Assembly (NCBI GenBank): GCA_036679605.1 | Contig: JAZDCZ010000411.1 | Span: forward strand, 1 to 50,735 | Origin: Gemmatimonadota bacterium | Lineage (GTDB): Bacteria; Gemmatimonadota; Gemmatimonadetes; Gemmatimonadales; GWC2-71-9 | DNA: 50,735 bases | Direction: 5' to 3' | Shown: positions 1 to 8,920 of the stretch, in pieces | Numbering within the stretch: the stretch's first letter is position 1 | Layout: every line of letters begins with the position of its first letter | Position numbers and translations under genes: made by a program | The notes under the pieces: generated by a model | The model's database searches: none | Told to the model about the DNA's origin: nothing | Seen by the model: the letters and a program-made list of their open reading frames with translations, nothing else

Positions 1-1
1 C

Positions 2-1162
2 GGCTTCGCGATGATGCTACTCGTGGGATCGGGACTGCTCATGAGAACGTTCTGGAACCTCCGCCACGTCGAGCCCGGTTTCGGCACGGCTGACGTGCTC
101 ACGGTGCGGGTGACGCTTGGCAATAACTTCGACGGTCCGCAAGGACGCACGGACTACCTATTGGAGTTGACCCAAACCCTCGAACAGCTGCCGGGTGTCG
201 TGGCGGCTACGTACACCGGCGACTTGCCGCTGGACGGGAATTTCTATCACGCCGAGTTCGCCACTCCGGAAGCGATCCCGGAGGAGGGCACTCAGGCACC
301 CCACGCCGCACGAAGTTTCATCGGACCCGGGTACCTGAAGACCGTCGGAGCAACTCTGTTCCGCGGACGAGAGATGACCCGTAACGATTATGCCACCGAT
401 CCGGACGTCGCGGTCGTCAACCGAACGTTCGCTGAAGAGCGCTGGCCAGGACAGGATCCGCTAGAACAGCGGCTGGTACAGTGGCCTGCGGAGTCTGGTG
501 CATGGTATCGCATCGTGGGCGTCGTCGGCGACATTCGCGAGGCAAGTCTCTCGCGGGAACCCGAACCTATGGTTTACCTGCCCACTGTGTTCATACACGG
601 GACAACGCACGGCATGTTTGTGCGCAACTTTGCAATCGTGCTCAAGACGTCGGGCAATCCACTATCGGTTTTGCCGATGGTCCGAGAAGAGATAGCCAAG
701 ACCAACATGCTGGTCCCAATCACCGCAGTTCAAACGCTGGAACAACTAAAGGCCACGTCGATGCAACAGCTCAGCTTCGCAATGCTGTTGCTTGTGACGG
801 CGGGGTCGGCCGCGCTGCTGCTAGGAATCGTAGGGATCTATGGCGTGGTGGCCTACGTCGTGAGTCAAAGAACGCGAGAGATTGGTGTACGGATAGCATT
901 GGGTGCCCAGACTGGAGACGTTCAGAGAATGGTGCTGCGTCAAGGAGGAGTCATTGGATTGATCGGCGTGGCGTTCGGGTTGGCGGGCGCAGCGGGGCTC
1001 AGTCGCGTGCTCGAGGCTTTGCTGTTCGGCGTGGCCAGGACGGACCTCGTCACTTACGCTGCAACTTCCCTGCTCCTTCTGGTACTGGTGCTCGGGGCAT
1101 CGTTCTTACCGGCACGACGCGCTGCAGCAGTCGATCCAATAAAGGTCTTGAGGGCGGAGTAG
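2..1162 (+). CDS. ABC transporter permease, ADOP/MacB-FtsX family (5'-partial, runs off window start)
   Basis: The frame is open from base 2. It has a MacB-like periplasmic region, then the FtsX C-terminal motifs 'GIYGVVAYVVSQRTREIGVRIALGA' and 'PARRAAAVDPIKVLRAE'. Confidence 0.9.
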   Translation, partial: GFAMMLLVGSGLLMRTFWNLRHVEPGFGTADVLTVRVTLGNNFDGPQGRTDYLLELTQTLEQLPGVVAATYTGDLPLDGNFYHAEFATPEAIPEEGTQAPHAARSFIGPGYLKTVGATLFRGREMTRNDYATDPDVAVVNRTFAEERWPGQDPLEQRLVQWPAESGAWYRIVGVVGDIREASLSREPEPMVYLPTVFIHGTTHGMFVRNFAIVLKTSGNPLSVLPMVREEIAKTNMLVPITAVQTLEQLKATSMQQLSFAMLLLVTAGSAALLLGIVGIYGVVAYVVSQRTREIGVRIALGAQTGDVQRMVLRQGGVIGLIGVAFGLAGAAGLSRVLEALLFGVARTDLVTYAATSLLLLVLVLGASFLPARRAAAVDPIKVLRAE

Positions 1163-1217
1163 CGACACGGGCCGTCACCGCCACGGAGTGCACGGAAACC
1201 GGGCAAGCAGTAGGGGG

Positions 1218-2159
1218 CTATCTCGATCGGCCGAGGTAGCGTAGAAACTCACTGTCAGTGCTCAACACCAGCACGGTATTCGAGTCCATGGTTTGTTTCA
1301 AGACCTCCATCGTCTTGAGGAACCGGTAGAACTCGGCATCACGGTTGTATGCCGCGGCATAGATGTCCGCCGCCTCGGCGTCAGCCCGGCCCTTCACCTC
1401 TTGAGCTATGCGATAGGCCTCCGAGGTGATCTGTTGTAGGTCCCGCTCCCTTTCACCGTTGATCCGGGCCGCCTCGCCGGCACCTTCGGAGCGAAACTGT
1501 TGGGCAATCCGCTGTCGCTCGGACATCATCCGGGAATAGACCTCGACGCGCACCTCCTCCACGTAGTTGAGCCGCTTGAAGCGAAAGTCGAGGATCTCGA
1601 TTCCCAGATCCTCCGTGCGGGCCTGAGCTTTCTCCAGCACCTCCTTGGCCAGTTTCTCTCTTCCCTGCTCGATGGTTTCGTTGCTGTCGGGCGCGGACCC
1701 GCCGGCGACCTGTTCGGGAGAAATGGCAAACTCACGGTTGCTGCTCCGCACGACCTCTATCAGGTCATGGTTGGCGATCACGTTGCGTGTCTCGCCATCG
1801 AGGATGTCGTCGAGCCGCGACTGCGCCCCCTGTTCCGACCGCAATCGCTGGAAGTACTTTAGCGGATCGGTGATCCGCCAACGGGCATAGCTGTCGACGT
1901 GGATGAACCGATTGTCTCGCGTCGGCACCTCATTCGGGTCGCCATCCCATTCCAGGAAGCGGTTGTCGAAGTAAACGGCCTTCTGAATGAACGGGAGCTT
2001 CAGTTTGAGTCCCGCCGTGGTGTCCGGCTCGCCTCTCGGCTGTCCGAACTGGAAGATCACAACCTGCTGGGTTTCACCGACAATGTAGAGCGCCCCGCCG
2101 GCGCCCAACACAACGAGCAGCACGACGATACCGATGACCGCGATCAGCGCGTTCTTCAT
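1218..2159 (-). CDS. hflC: FtsH protease modulator HflC (SPFH/Band 7)
   Basis: N-terminal TM helix, motifs 'VDSYARWRITDP' and 'RMMSERQRIAQQFRSEG', and it overlaps the hflK stop. Confidence 0.93.
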   Translation of the reverse strand: MKNALIAVIGIVVLLVVLGAGGALYIVGETQQVVIFQFGQPRGEPDTTAGLKLKLPFIQKAVYFDNRFLEWDGDPNEVPTRDNRFIHVDSYARWRITDPLKYFQRLRSEQGAQSRLDDILDGETRNVIANHDLIEVVRSSNREFAISPEQVAGGSAPDSNETIEQGREKLAKEVLEKAQARTEDLGIEILDFRFKRLNYVEEVRVEVYSRMMSERQRIAQQFRSEGAGEAARINGERERDLQQITSEAYRIAQEVKGRADAEAADIYAAAYNRDAEFYRFLKTMEVLKQTMDSNTVLVLSTDSEFLRYLGRSR

Positions 2160-3169
2160 GGCTTCCTCCCATCGGTCAGCGGCAGCAGCGGCAGGACGCC
2201 TTTCAGAGTCTCGTCCAGTACGATCTTCTGCTTCACGTTGGGATAAATGGCCTGCATCGTCTCGAGGTAGATGCGCCTACGAGTGACCTCGGGCGCACGT
2301 CGGTACGCCGCCAGCAGCGACTTGAACAGCTCGGCATCACCTCTCGCGCGGTTCACACGATCGGTGGCGTACCCGTCAGCCTGCGTGATCGTCTGCTGCG
2401 CTTCGCCGCGAGCGCGAGGAATGACGCTGTTGTATTCGGACCTTGCCTCGTTGATCATCCGCTCCTTTTCCTGCTGGGCCTGATTCACCTCATTGAACGC
2501 CGGCCGGACCTGATCGGGCGGATCCACATCCTGCAAGACGATCTGCTCGATCTTAATACCGGTCTCGTATTGATCGCAGAGTTCCTGCAGGCGCTGCTCT
2601 ACCTCCGAGGCGATTTCCGCCCGGCCAATCGTCAGGACCTCATTGACGCTGCGGTCCCCAATGACGGCCCGCATTACGGCCTCGTTCATGTCGCGAAAGG
2701 TATCGGCGCTGGATAGCCCCCTGGGGTCAAAGAGATTTCTCACCTTGAACAAATATTTGTAGGGATCGCTGACTCGGAACTGGGTCGTCCATGACACTAC
2801 GGCCACATTCAAATCGCCCGTTAGCATCAGTGACTCGCCGGTGAACGCACCCGGAGCATAGCGCGTGCGCACACCGGCACTGACGGTACGGAATCCGAAT
2901 TCAGCCTTGAGCTGCCGCTGAACCGCCACCTTCTCCACCGTCTGGATAGGCCTGGGCCACTTCACATGGAGCCCCGGTGGTGTCTGGCGACTGTACCTGC
3001 CAAAGGTCAGCACGACGCCCACCTCCTCAGCACCCACCGTAAAGACCGAACTCCAAACCGCGACTAAGCCCACGAACAGCAGCAATCCGATGCCGACAAC
3101 TCGGATGTTCGGCATGTTCTGCTGCTGTAACCGGGCAAGGCCGTCCGCAAGAGGTCCCTGCGACTTCAT
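2156..3169 (-). CDS. hflK: FtsH protease modulator HflK (SPFH/Band 7)
   Basis: Motifs 'SLMLTGDLN', 'PPDQVRPAFNEVNQAQQE', 'APEVTRRRIYLETM'; AGGAGG SD before the ATG. Confidence 0.93.
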   Translation of the reverse strand: MKSQGPLADGLARLQQQNMPNIRVVGIGLLLFVGLVAVWSSVFTVGAEEVGVVLTFGRYSRQTPPGLHVKWPRPIQTVEKVAVQRQLKAEFGFRTVSAGVRTRYAPGAFTGESLMLTGDLNVAVVSWTTQFRVSDPYKYLFKVRNLFDPRGLSSADTFRDMNEAVMRAVIGDRSVNEVLTIGRAEIASEVEQRLQELCDQYETGIKIEQIVLQDVDPPDQVRPAFNEVNQAQQEKERMINEARSEYNSVIPRARGEAQQTITQADGYATDRVNRARGDAELFKSLLAAYRRAPEVTRRRIYLETMQAIYPNVKQKIVLDETLKGVLPLLPLTDGRKP

Positions 3170-3452
3170 AAACGCCTCCTCATTTCATGGTGGCGAGGTG
3201 ATGCTCGCCTGTAATTCTGCAGAAGTCTAAGCCATACGCCCGCCGCACCGCTGAATGCGGCGGCCGGTTGTGGCCAAGGAATGACTGGAAGGGTCAGGAT
3301 TCGCCTACCGCCACCATCAATAACATACCTCCCCTGCGTTGGGTCCGTAGTCCTTGGTGTCCACCACGACAAAGTCCCGGCCTCAAACTGCCCGATCCTC
3401 CCGTTCTGAGGGCGGATTAGAGACGCGGGGGTATCTAGCTGGATATCGCTCT

Positions 3453-3481
3453 TTGACACACCCTGACCAAGCGGATACCTT
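3453..3481 (+). promoter_or_regulatory. sigma70-type promoter for the Ig-repeat lipoprotein gene
   Basis: TTGACA (3453-3458), 17-bp spacer, TACCTT (3476-3481), about 35 bp before the ATG at 3517. Confidence 0.7.
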
Positions 3482-3516
3482 AGCGCAATCTAGAGATCAC
3501 ACAACATAAGGCCGTC

Positions 3517-6500
3517 ATGCCACTTTGTTGGAAGCCCCGGTTGCAGAGAGCACTCGGTTATGCCGCCCTGGCACTTGCGTTGCTCGTTGGTGTCAGGTGT
3601 AGTGACTCTCCGTTTGCACCCGGCCAGACAGTAGTTGGAAGCCTCGACGTCAGGGGATTACTGACGGTCGCGCGGAGCGCGCCCATTCCCATCGATTCCT
3701 TTGTAGTGGAGTTGCGACGGGTTGGCGATTCCACCATAGCGTTCCGGTCAGCCATCCGCGCCGATTCCATCGGTGTCTCTGCGGGCGCTGACAGCGTTGT
3801 GATCGACATCAGCGTCGATCTTCAGACACAGACTGAAGAGTTCTTCCTCTATGTAGCGGTAGTGGGCAACGGCATTGTGTGGTTTGAGGTGCGCGACATG
3901 GTAACGGCCACCGCCGGCGGCTCGACGACCACGCCACCGTTGACTCCCACTTTCGTTGGGCCCGGCGCCGACGCGACAGGTGTGATCATATCGTTCGCCG
4001 ACACAACCATTGCAGGTGGCGACAGCATCCTCGTCACAGCAAGTGTGTTCGAGGGCCAAACCGAGGCGACAGCAGCTCCAGTCTCCTTCACGTCGAGCGA
4101 TACCAGCCTAGTACCGACGCCGACGCAAGTCGACCGGAATTCAGCTTTGGTGATCGCGCCCGCTAGTACAACGGACAGCGTCACCATTACTGCGGTCGCC
4201 CTGACCCGAGACAGCTCAATTACCGATAGCGGGATCCTGCGGTTTTTCAGCCCTGCCAGTCAACTCATTGCGGTGTCGGGTGATGGACAAGACATTTTCG
4301 CGGGCGCTGCAGCACCAGGCCCGATAGTGGTGCAAGTGTTGGACGCGGCAGGCGCCCCATTCACGCGCGGCCTACCCATCGCCTTCGCAGTAGCGAGCGG
4401 ACCGACCGGGTCAGCGGTTAGCCCCGACACCGTGATCAGTGACACTTTGGGCTTCGCGCAGGCGACCGTTACCGCCGGTGGAACCCTGGGAACTATTCAG
4501 GTGACGGCCAGCGCACCGGGCCTTACGGGCTCGCCGATCACGTTCACCGCCAACGTGATGGTGGGAGTCGGTACCGTGGCTGGTGTGACGGTCACGCCGG
4601 ACTCCGCGGTGGTCCTAGTCATAGGCGATTCGGTGAGGTTTAGCGCAACATGCCAAGATAGTTTGGGAGCGGGAGTCCAGTGCGGGACGGTCACCTGGAT
4701 GTCGCTGACACCAGCCATCGCTTCGGTCGACACCGGCGGGGTGGCGCGCTCTCTCGCACCCGGCATTGCCGACATCGTAGGCGCATCCAACGGTTTCGCC
4801 GACACCTCGAAGTTCGTAGTCAACGGAATAACCAGCCTGAGTGTCTCCCCGGCCGACACGATCGTCACCGCGGTTGGTGACACAGTGCAGCTCAGTGTGA
4901 GCGGAGTGCTGGCCCTTGGAGGGACGATACCGCTGACAGTGGACACTGTGGTGTGGCAGTCGCTGAGTCCGGCAGTGGCGCTGATCGATGCCGTTGGCAG
5001 CGCCCGGATCGTTGGGCCGGGCAACGGTACTATCCAGGCATCCCTGGGTAACGCGAGTGGCACCGCAACGCTGCGCGTTCAGCAAACACCCAACAGTTTC
5101 GCGGTCTTGCCCGACACCGCTCTGATAGGAGTGGGCGGTCAGGTAAGCCTAAACGGACAAACGTTAGACAGAAGAGGGTTCCAGATTCTCGGTAGGGCGT
5201 TGGGATGGCTGTCTCGCAATCCATCCATCGCAACGGTTGACGCCGCGGGACGCGTAACTGGTGTCGCGTTGGGGCAGGTGTACGTCGTTGGGAACGATTC
5301 AACCTTGACCGATTCGACGTTGATAGACGTCGTACCCGCTCCGCCGCAGGTCATTCAGTGGGGTGCGGACAGCATATCAGTCGGTCGGGGTGCCACCTTA
5401 CAGCAGGCATTGTTGCTCTCGGTGCCGGCTCCACCCAGTGGAGTGACAGTCGACATAGTCTCGAGCGATACGCTGATCCTCAAACCGACCACATCCGTCG
5501 TCACCTTCTCGAGCGGCCAAACGAGCAGGACAGTGACGTTCCAGGGACGTGCGGCGGGTAGCGTCGCGGTAACAGCCACAGATCGAGCAGCGGTCTTCGC
5601 GCCCGACACACTTGCCGTGGGTGTGCTCTCGACGCTCGAGTTCCGCACTGTCTCGAGTCCCACTGTTAGGGCCAGCAATTTCAGCATCAACTCGGCGGAA
5701 TCGCGTCGAGTGCTGGTCTTCTTGTCCGATCCGGCGCCGCCCGCGGGGCTCGCGGTTACGATCCAGGCACAAAACATCCTCGTTACGACAACAATACCGT
5801 CCGTCGCTGTGATCCCGGGCGGACAACTCTCGGTTGAGGCGGACCTCAAAGGAGTGGGCGTGGGATCGACTACGCTGACACCGACGGCACCTGGGTTCGT
5901 GGGGCTATCATCGACCGTCACCACGTCCCTAGCACGATTCACGATATCCGGCAGCTCGAGAGTGGGAGTCGGTCAACTCTTGAATTTCTCCCTCGGTGTG
6001 CCGAACCGCATGGACCGTGGCACCGCGGTCAACATGGCGACGACGAATCTCGGTGTTGGGCTGGTGCCCGACACGGTGGTGGTCTTCACGAACGCCTTCA
6101 ACGCGGGCTTCGCCTACAGTGCGTTGCAGCCTGGCTTAGACACGATCACAGCCAACCGCAGTGGGTGGGTGGAAGCGCGACGGGCCCTTGTGGTCACATC
6201 ACCGCTGGTGCGGCCGAATTTCGTCAGCACTACGGCTGTGGGCGCACCCAATGTTTCCTGGTCTATAACAGCCCGGGATTCTGTGGGATCCGTGCACCCC
6301 CGCGTCGATACGCTGACCGTTACGCTGACGTCGCGTGATCCGTTGGTAATGGCCGTGGATGTGCCGACTGGCCTCATCCAGGTGAACAGCAGCTCCGCGT
6401 TTGTGTCCGGTGGACTTCGGCCCGTGGGCGGTGGCTCGACCTATCTGGTTGCCTCGGCGGCGGGGCACATGAGCGACTCGGTACTGGTCACCGTGCAGGC

Positions 6501-8847
6501 ACCCAAGCTCAACCTGTTCAGTGGCACCCGAACGGGCACAAGGCAAACAACCAACGGGAGCGTTTCTCTTCCGTTCAGGCTGCCGTCGACGGGGCCGTCA
6601 CTTACGGTACAGTTATCAGCCATAGACACCACAATTGTCGCCGTACCCGATTCGTTAGTGATTCCGCCAAACGGCATCAGCCTCGGCTACACGGTGAGCG
6701 GAGTGGCGCCTGGCACTACCGGGATCATTGCAACGGCGACAGGCTTTGCTCCGGATACGGCTAATATCACGATAACGACCAACCGGTTGAGAACTAACAG
6801 TCTGCTCACCAGCTACTTCATTACAACCGGCTCCGATGCGTTCAATTTCCGGACCGCAGATCAGTTCCTCTCCACTCACCCGACGCTCGACACGGTGACA
6901 ATCACTCTGGCATCGACCGACCCGACCGTGTTCACGATCGACTCGACGAGCGTTACGGTAGCGGCGGGCGGAACTATTTCTTCGACCGCTCGAATCGTGC
7001 TTCAGGGTACGGGACAGGCTTGGCTGCGCTGGAGTGCACCGAACTACCAGACCGACTCGTTGTCGATTACGGTGAACCCGTCTGCGCTCAATGTGCTGAC
7101 TCAATCTCCGCGGCGAGTAGGCATGGGACAGTACTTGAGCGGCAACAGCGTTCGCGTCCCGAGTCCGAACGGTCTTCCTGACACAGTGTTTGCGACGTTG
7201 ACACATATCGGTCCGGCGTTTGGGACATTCCCGGACACGGTGCCTATCCGGCCCGGTGCGACCAGTGTCGCGTTCCGCTGGGATGGGATTGCCCTTGGCA
7301 TAGACACGGTATTGGCCCAAGCCACCAACTTCATATCCGATACGGCAATCATGACTGTCATACGGCCGGCTCTGAGTGTGCAGAACTTGCCAAGCAGCGC
7401 CGTAGTCGATGACAGCCTATTTCTGCGGGTGTTCATTGCCGATACGCTCGGGAGCACCCACCTGACGACGGACACGCTACCCATTCTGATTACGTCCACT
7501 GACTCACTGGTGCTGGCGGTGGACTCGACGTCTCTCTGGCAGATTCCTGCAAACCGATCGTCTATTACGAACATCCGTCTTATCGTTCGCGGACCAGGTA
7601 CGGCACAGATCATTGTGACGGCCCCGAACACTACCTACAGGCCTGACACGACGAACATAGTAGTCGCCACTGCACCGACTATCACGTTGTCACCGGCTAG
7701 TGTCACGCTCGGCACCGGACAGCAGTTCACATCGTACAGGGCATTCATTCCGAACGGCGTCGTCGACACTACAAAGATCGCGCTCACGGTAAGCGATACC
7801 GCCGTGGCCGGGTTCTCCACCGATACCGTGCGGATCAATCCGGGAGGTACGAACTCGCCCACCTTCACGGTGTTCGCAAAGAATGCGGTCGCATCGGTAC
7901 AGCTCAAGGGCACGGCACCGGGGTTCACCGAGGGCACGTCGGTACTGATCGTGAACACACCACAGATCTTCGTTTCGAGCACAACGACCGGATTGGTAGG
8001 TGCAGGTTCTCGCACTTTCAGCGTGATTACGAGAGATGAGGTCGGGAGTACGCGGGCAGTTCGGAACCCGCTGGCCATAACGCTCACGTCCACCAATCCG
8101 TCGGTATTGACCATGGACAGCAGCGCTGTGACGGTTTTGGCTGCACGGAGTTCCACGAACGCGTCGTGGACACCCGTCAGCGTCGGGACGGCAAAGATCG
8201 TGGCGACTGCACCCGGGTACACTCCAGACACTTCAAATGTCATCACGGTTCAAACTCCGCAGGTCACACTTTCGGGCGTGCCGGCCACACTGGGTGTGGG
8301 CCAGCGGGTAACCAACTATCGAGCCAACTTCCCGTTTACCGTCGCCTCGACAGACACCGTGATTGTGACGCTCACCAACAGTGACAGCACGGTGCTGGCG
8401 ATTCCGGATACACTGACGTTCACCCCAGGCTTTTCCTCGCGGACCTTCACGGCGGTCGGTCTGGCGGTGGGACAAGCGGTGGTTCAGGCAACGGCACCCG
8501 GATTCGACCCGTCTAACCTGGGAACGACAGATGTCGGAACGCCGACGTTCTTGGTCAATGGCTCGACATCAGGAACGGCGGGTGGGATCATCAACATGAA
8601 CGCCCGACCCTTGGACCAGGCAGGTTTGATCCGTGTAGTGGATCAGGCACTGACGGTAACGTTCACTGTCAGTGACATCGCGGTTGCCAACTTCGGTGGG
8701 CAGGCATCAATCCAGGTCACTGTCTCGGCGGGGTCGACCGTCAGCGGGAACGTGGTACTGAACTTGGTCACTGCCGGCAATGTCACTGTAACGGCTACCG
8801 CGACAGGCTACGGCGACGGAGTCCGGGCGATTACAGTCAACCCATAG
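3517..8847 (+). CDS. Large secreted/lipoprotein Ig-like repeat surface protein (Big_1/Big_2-like domains plus C-terminal tandem repeats), 1776 aa
   Basis: Hydrophobic signal ending 'LVGVRC-SD' (atypical lipobox). Invasin-like segment 'SGDGQ...VVQVLDAAG'. Big_2-like segments 'VTWMSLTPAIASVD' and 'WLSRNPSIATVDAAGRVTGV'. Composition is rich in T/S/V/G/A. Confidence 0.8.
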   Translation: MPLCWKPRLQRALGYAALALALLVGVRCSDSPFAPGQTVVGSLDVRGLLTVARSAPIPIDSFVVELRRVGDSTIAFRSAIRADSIGVSAGADSVVIDISVDLQTQTEEFFLYVAVVGNGIVWFEVRDMVTATAGGSTTTPPLTPTFVGPGADATGVIISFADTTIAGGDSILVTASVFEGQTEATAAPVSFTSSDTSLVPTPTQVDRNSALVIAPASTTDSVTITAVALTRDSSITDSGILRFFSPASQLIAVSGDGQDIFAGAAAPGPIVVQVLDAAGAPFTRGLPIAFAVASGPTGSAVSPDTVISDTLGFAQATVTAGGTLGTIQVTASAPGLTGSPITFTANVMVGVGTVAGVTVTPDSAVVLVIGDSVRFSATCQDSLGAGVQCGTVTWMSLTPAIASVDTGGVARSLAPGIADIVGASNGFADTSKFVVNGITSLSVSPADTIVTAVGDTVQLSVSGVLALGGTIPLTVDTVVWQSLSPAVALIDAVGSARIVGPGNGTIQASLGNASGTATLRVQQTPNSFAVLPDTALIGVGGQVSLNGQTLDRRGFQILGRALGWLSRNPSIATVDAAGRVTGVALGQVYVVGNDSTLTDSTLIDVVPAPPQVIQWGADSISVGRGATLQQALLLSVPAPPSGVTVDIVSSDTLILKPTTSVVTFSSGQTSRTVTFQGRAAGSVAVTATDRAAVFAPDTLAVGVLSTLEFRTVSSPTVRASNFSINSAESRRVLVFLSDPAPPAGLAVTIQAQNILVTTTIPSVAVIPGGQLSVEADLKGVGVGSTTLTPTAPGFVGLSSTVTTSLARFTISGSSRVGVGQLLNFSLGVPNRMDRGTAVNMATTNLGVGLVPDTVVVFTNAFNAGFAYSALQPGLDTITANRSGWVEARRALVVTSPLVRPNFVSTTAVGAPNVSWSITARDSVGSVHPRVDTLTVTLTSRDPLVMAVDVPTGLIQVNSSSAFVSGGLRPVGGGSTYLVASAAGHMSDSVLVTVQAPKLNLFSGTRTGTRQTTNGSVSLPFRLPSTGPSLTVQLSAIDTTIVAVPDSLVIPPNGISLGYTVSGVAPGTTGIIATATGFAPDTANITITTNRLRTNSLLTSYFITTGSDAFNFRTADQFLSTHPTLDTVTITLASTDPTVFTIDSTSVTVAAGGTISSTARIVLQGTGQAWLRWSAPNYQTDSLSITVNPSALNVLTQSPRRVGMGQYLSGNSVRVPSPNGLPDTVFATLTHIGPAFGTFPDTVPIRPGATSVAFRWDGIALGIDTVLAQATNFISDTAIMTVIRPALSVQNLPSSAVVDDSLFLRVFIADTLGSTHLTTDTLPILITSTDSLVLAVDSTSLWQIPANRSSITNIRLIVRGPGTAQIIVTAPNTTYRPDTTNIVVATAPTITLSPASVTLGTGQQFTSYRAFIPNGVVDTTKIALTVSDTAVAGFSTDTVRINPGGTNSPTFTVFAKNAVASVQLKGTAPGFTEGTSVLIVNTPQIFVSSTTTGLVGAGSRTFSVITRDEVGSTRAVRNPLAITLTSTNPSVLTMDSSAVTVLAARSSTNASWTPVSVGTAKIVATAPGYTPDTSNVITVQTPQVTLSGVPATLGVGQRVTNYRANFPFTVASTDTVIVTLTNSDSTVLAIPDTLTFTPGFSSRTFTAVGLAVGQAVVQATAPGFDPSNLGTTDVGTPTFLVNGSTSGTAGGIINMNARPLDQAGLIRVVDQALTVTFTVSDIAVANFGGQASIQVTVSAGSTVSGNVVLNLVTAGNVTVTATATGYGDGVRAITVNP
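5935..8844 (+). repeat. Five degenerate ~190-197 aa two-domain protein repeats within the surface protein
   Basis: An anchor motif (R/T)-x-G-x-(G/R)-Q starts at nt 5959, 6529, 7114, 7705 and 8287 (spacings 570, 585, 591, 582 nt). Most domains end in an A[PT][GN][FY]xxD[TS]-like motif. Confidence 0.8.
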
Positions 8848-8883
8848 CAACCCCCCGGCCCGCGAACGGCTTTTGTCCACCGC

Positions 8884-8912
8884 CTGACACCCGCTGCCAA
8901 ACACCGTATCTT
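8884..8912 (+). promoter_or_regulatory. sigma70-type promoter directly before the CLC start codon (leaderless or near-leaderless)
   Basis: CTGACA-17 bp-TATCTT, with the ATG 8 nt after the -10 and no SD. Confidence 0.55.
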
Positions 8913-8920
8913 CCGCCGCC

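Noticed and set aside
481..1239. 252-aa alternative-frame ORF over the ABC permease
   Set aside because: Arg-rich with no motifs, and fully overlaps a well-supported gene. This is a typical high-GC shadow ORF.
3166..3459. 97-aa minus-strand ORF, and a tiny MLLMVAVGES ORF behind GGAGG, upstream of hflK
   Set aside because: No recognisable motifs, overlaps divergent promoter elements, and SD spacing is poor for the tiny ORF. Unsupported without conservation data.
3558..8475. Many long antisense ORFs inside the Ig-repeat gene
   Set aside because: Expected opposite a Thr/Val/Gly/Ala-rich high-GC gene, which has few reverse-strand stops.
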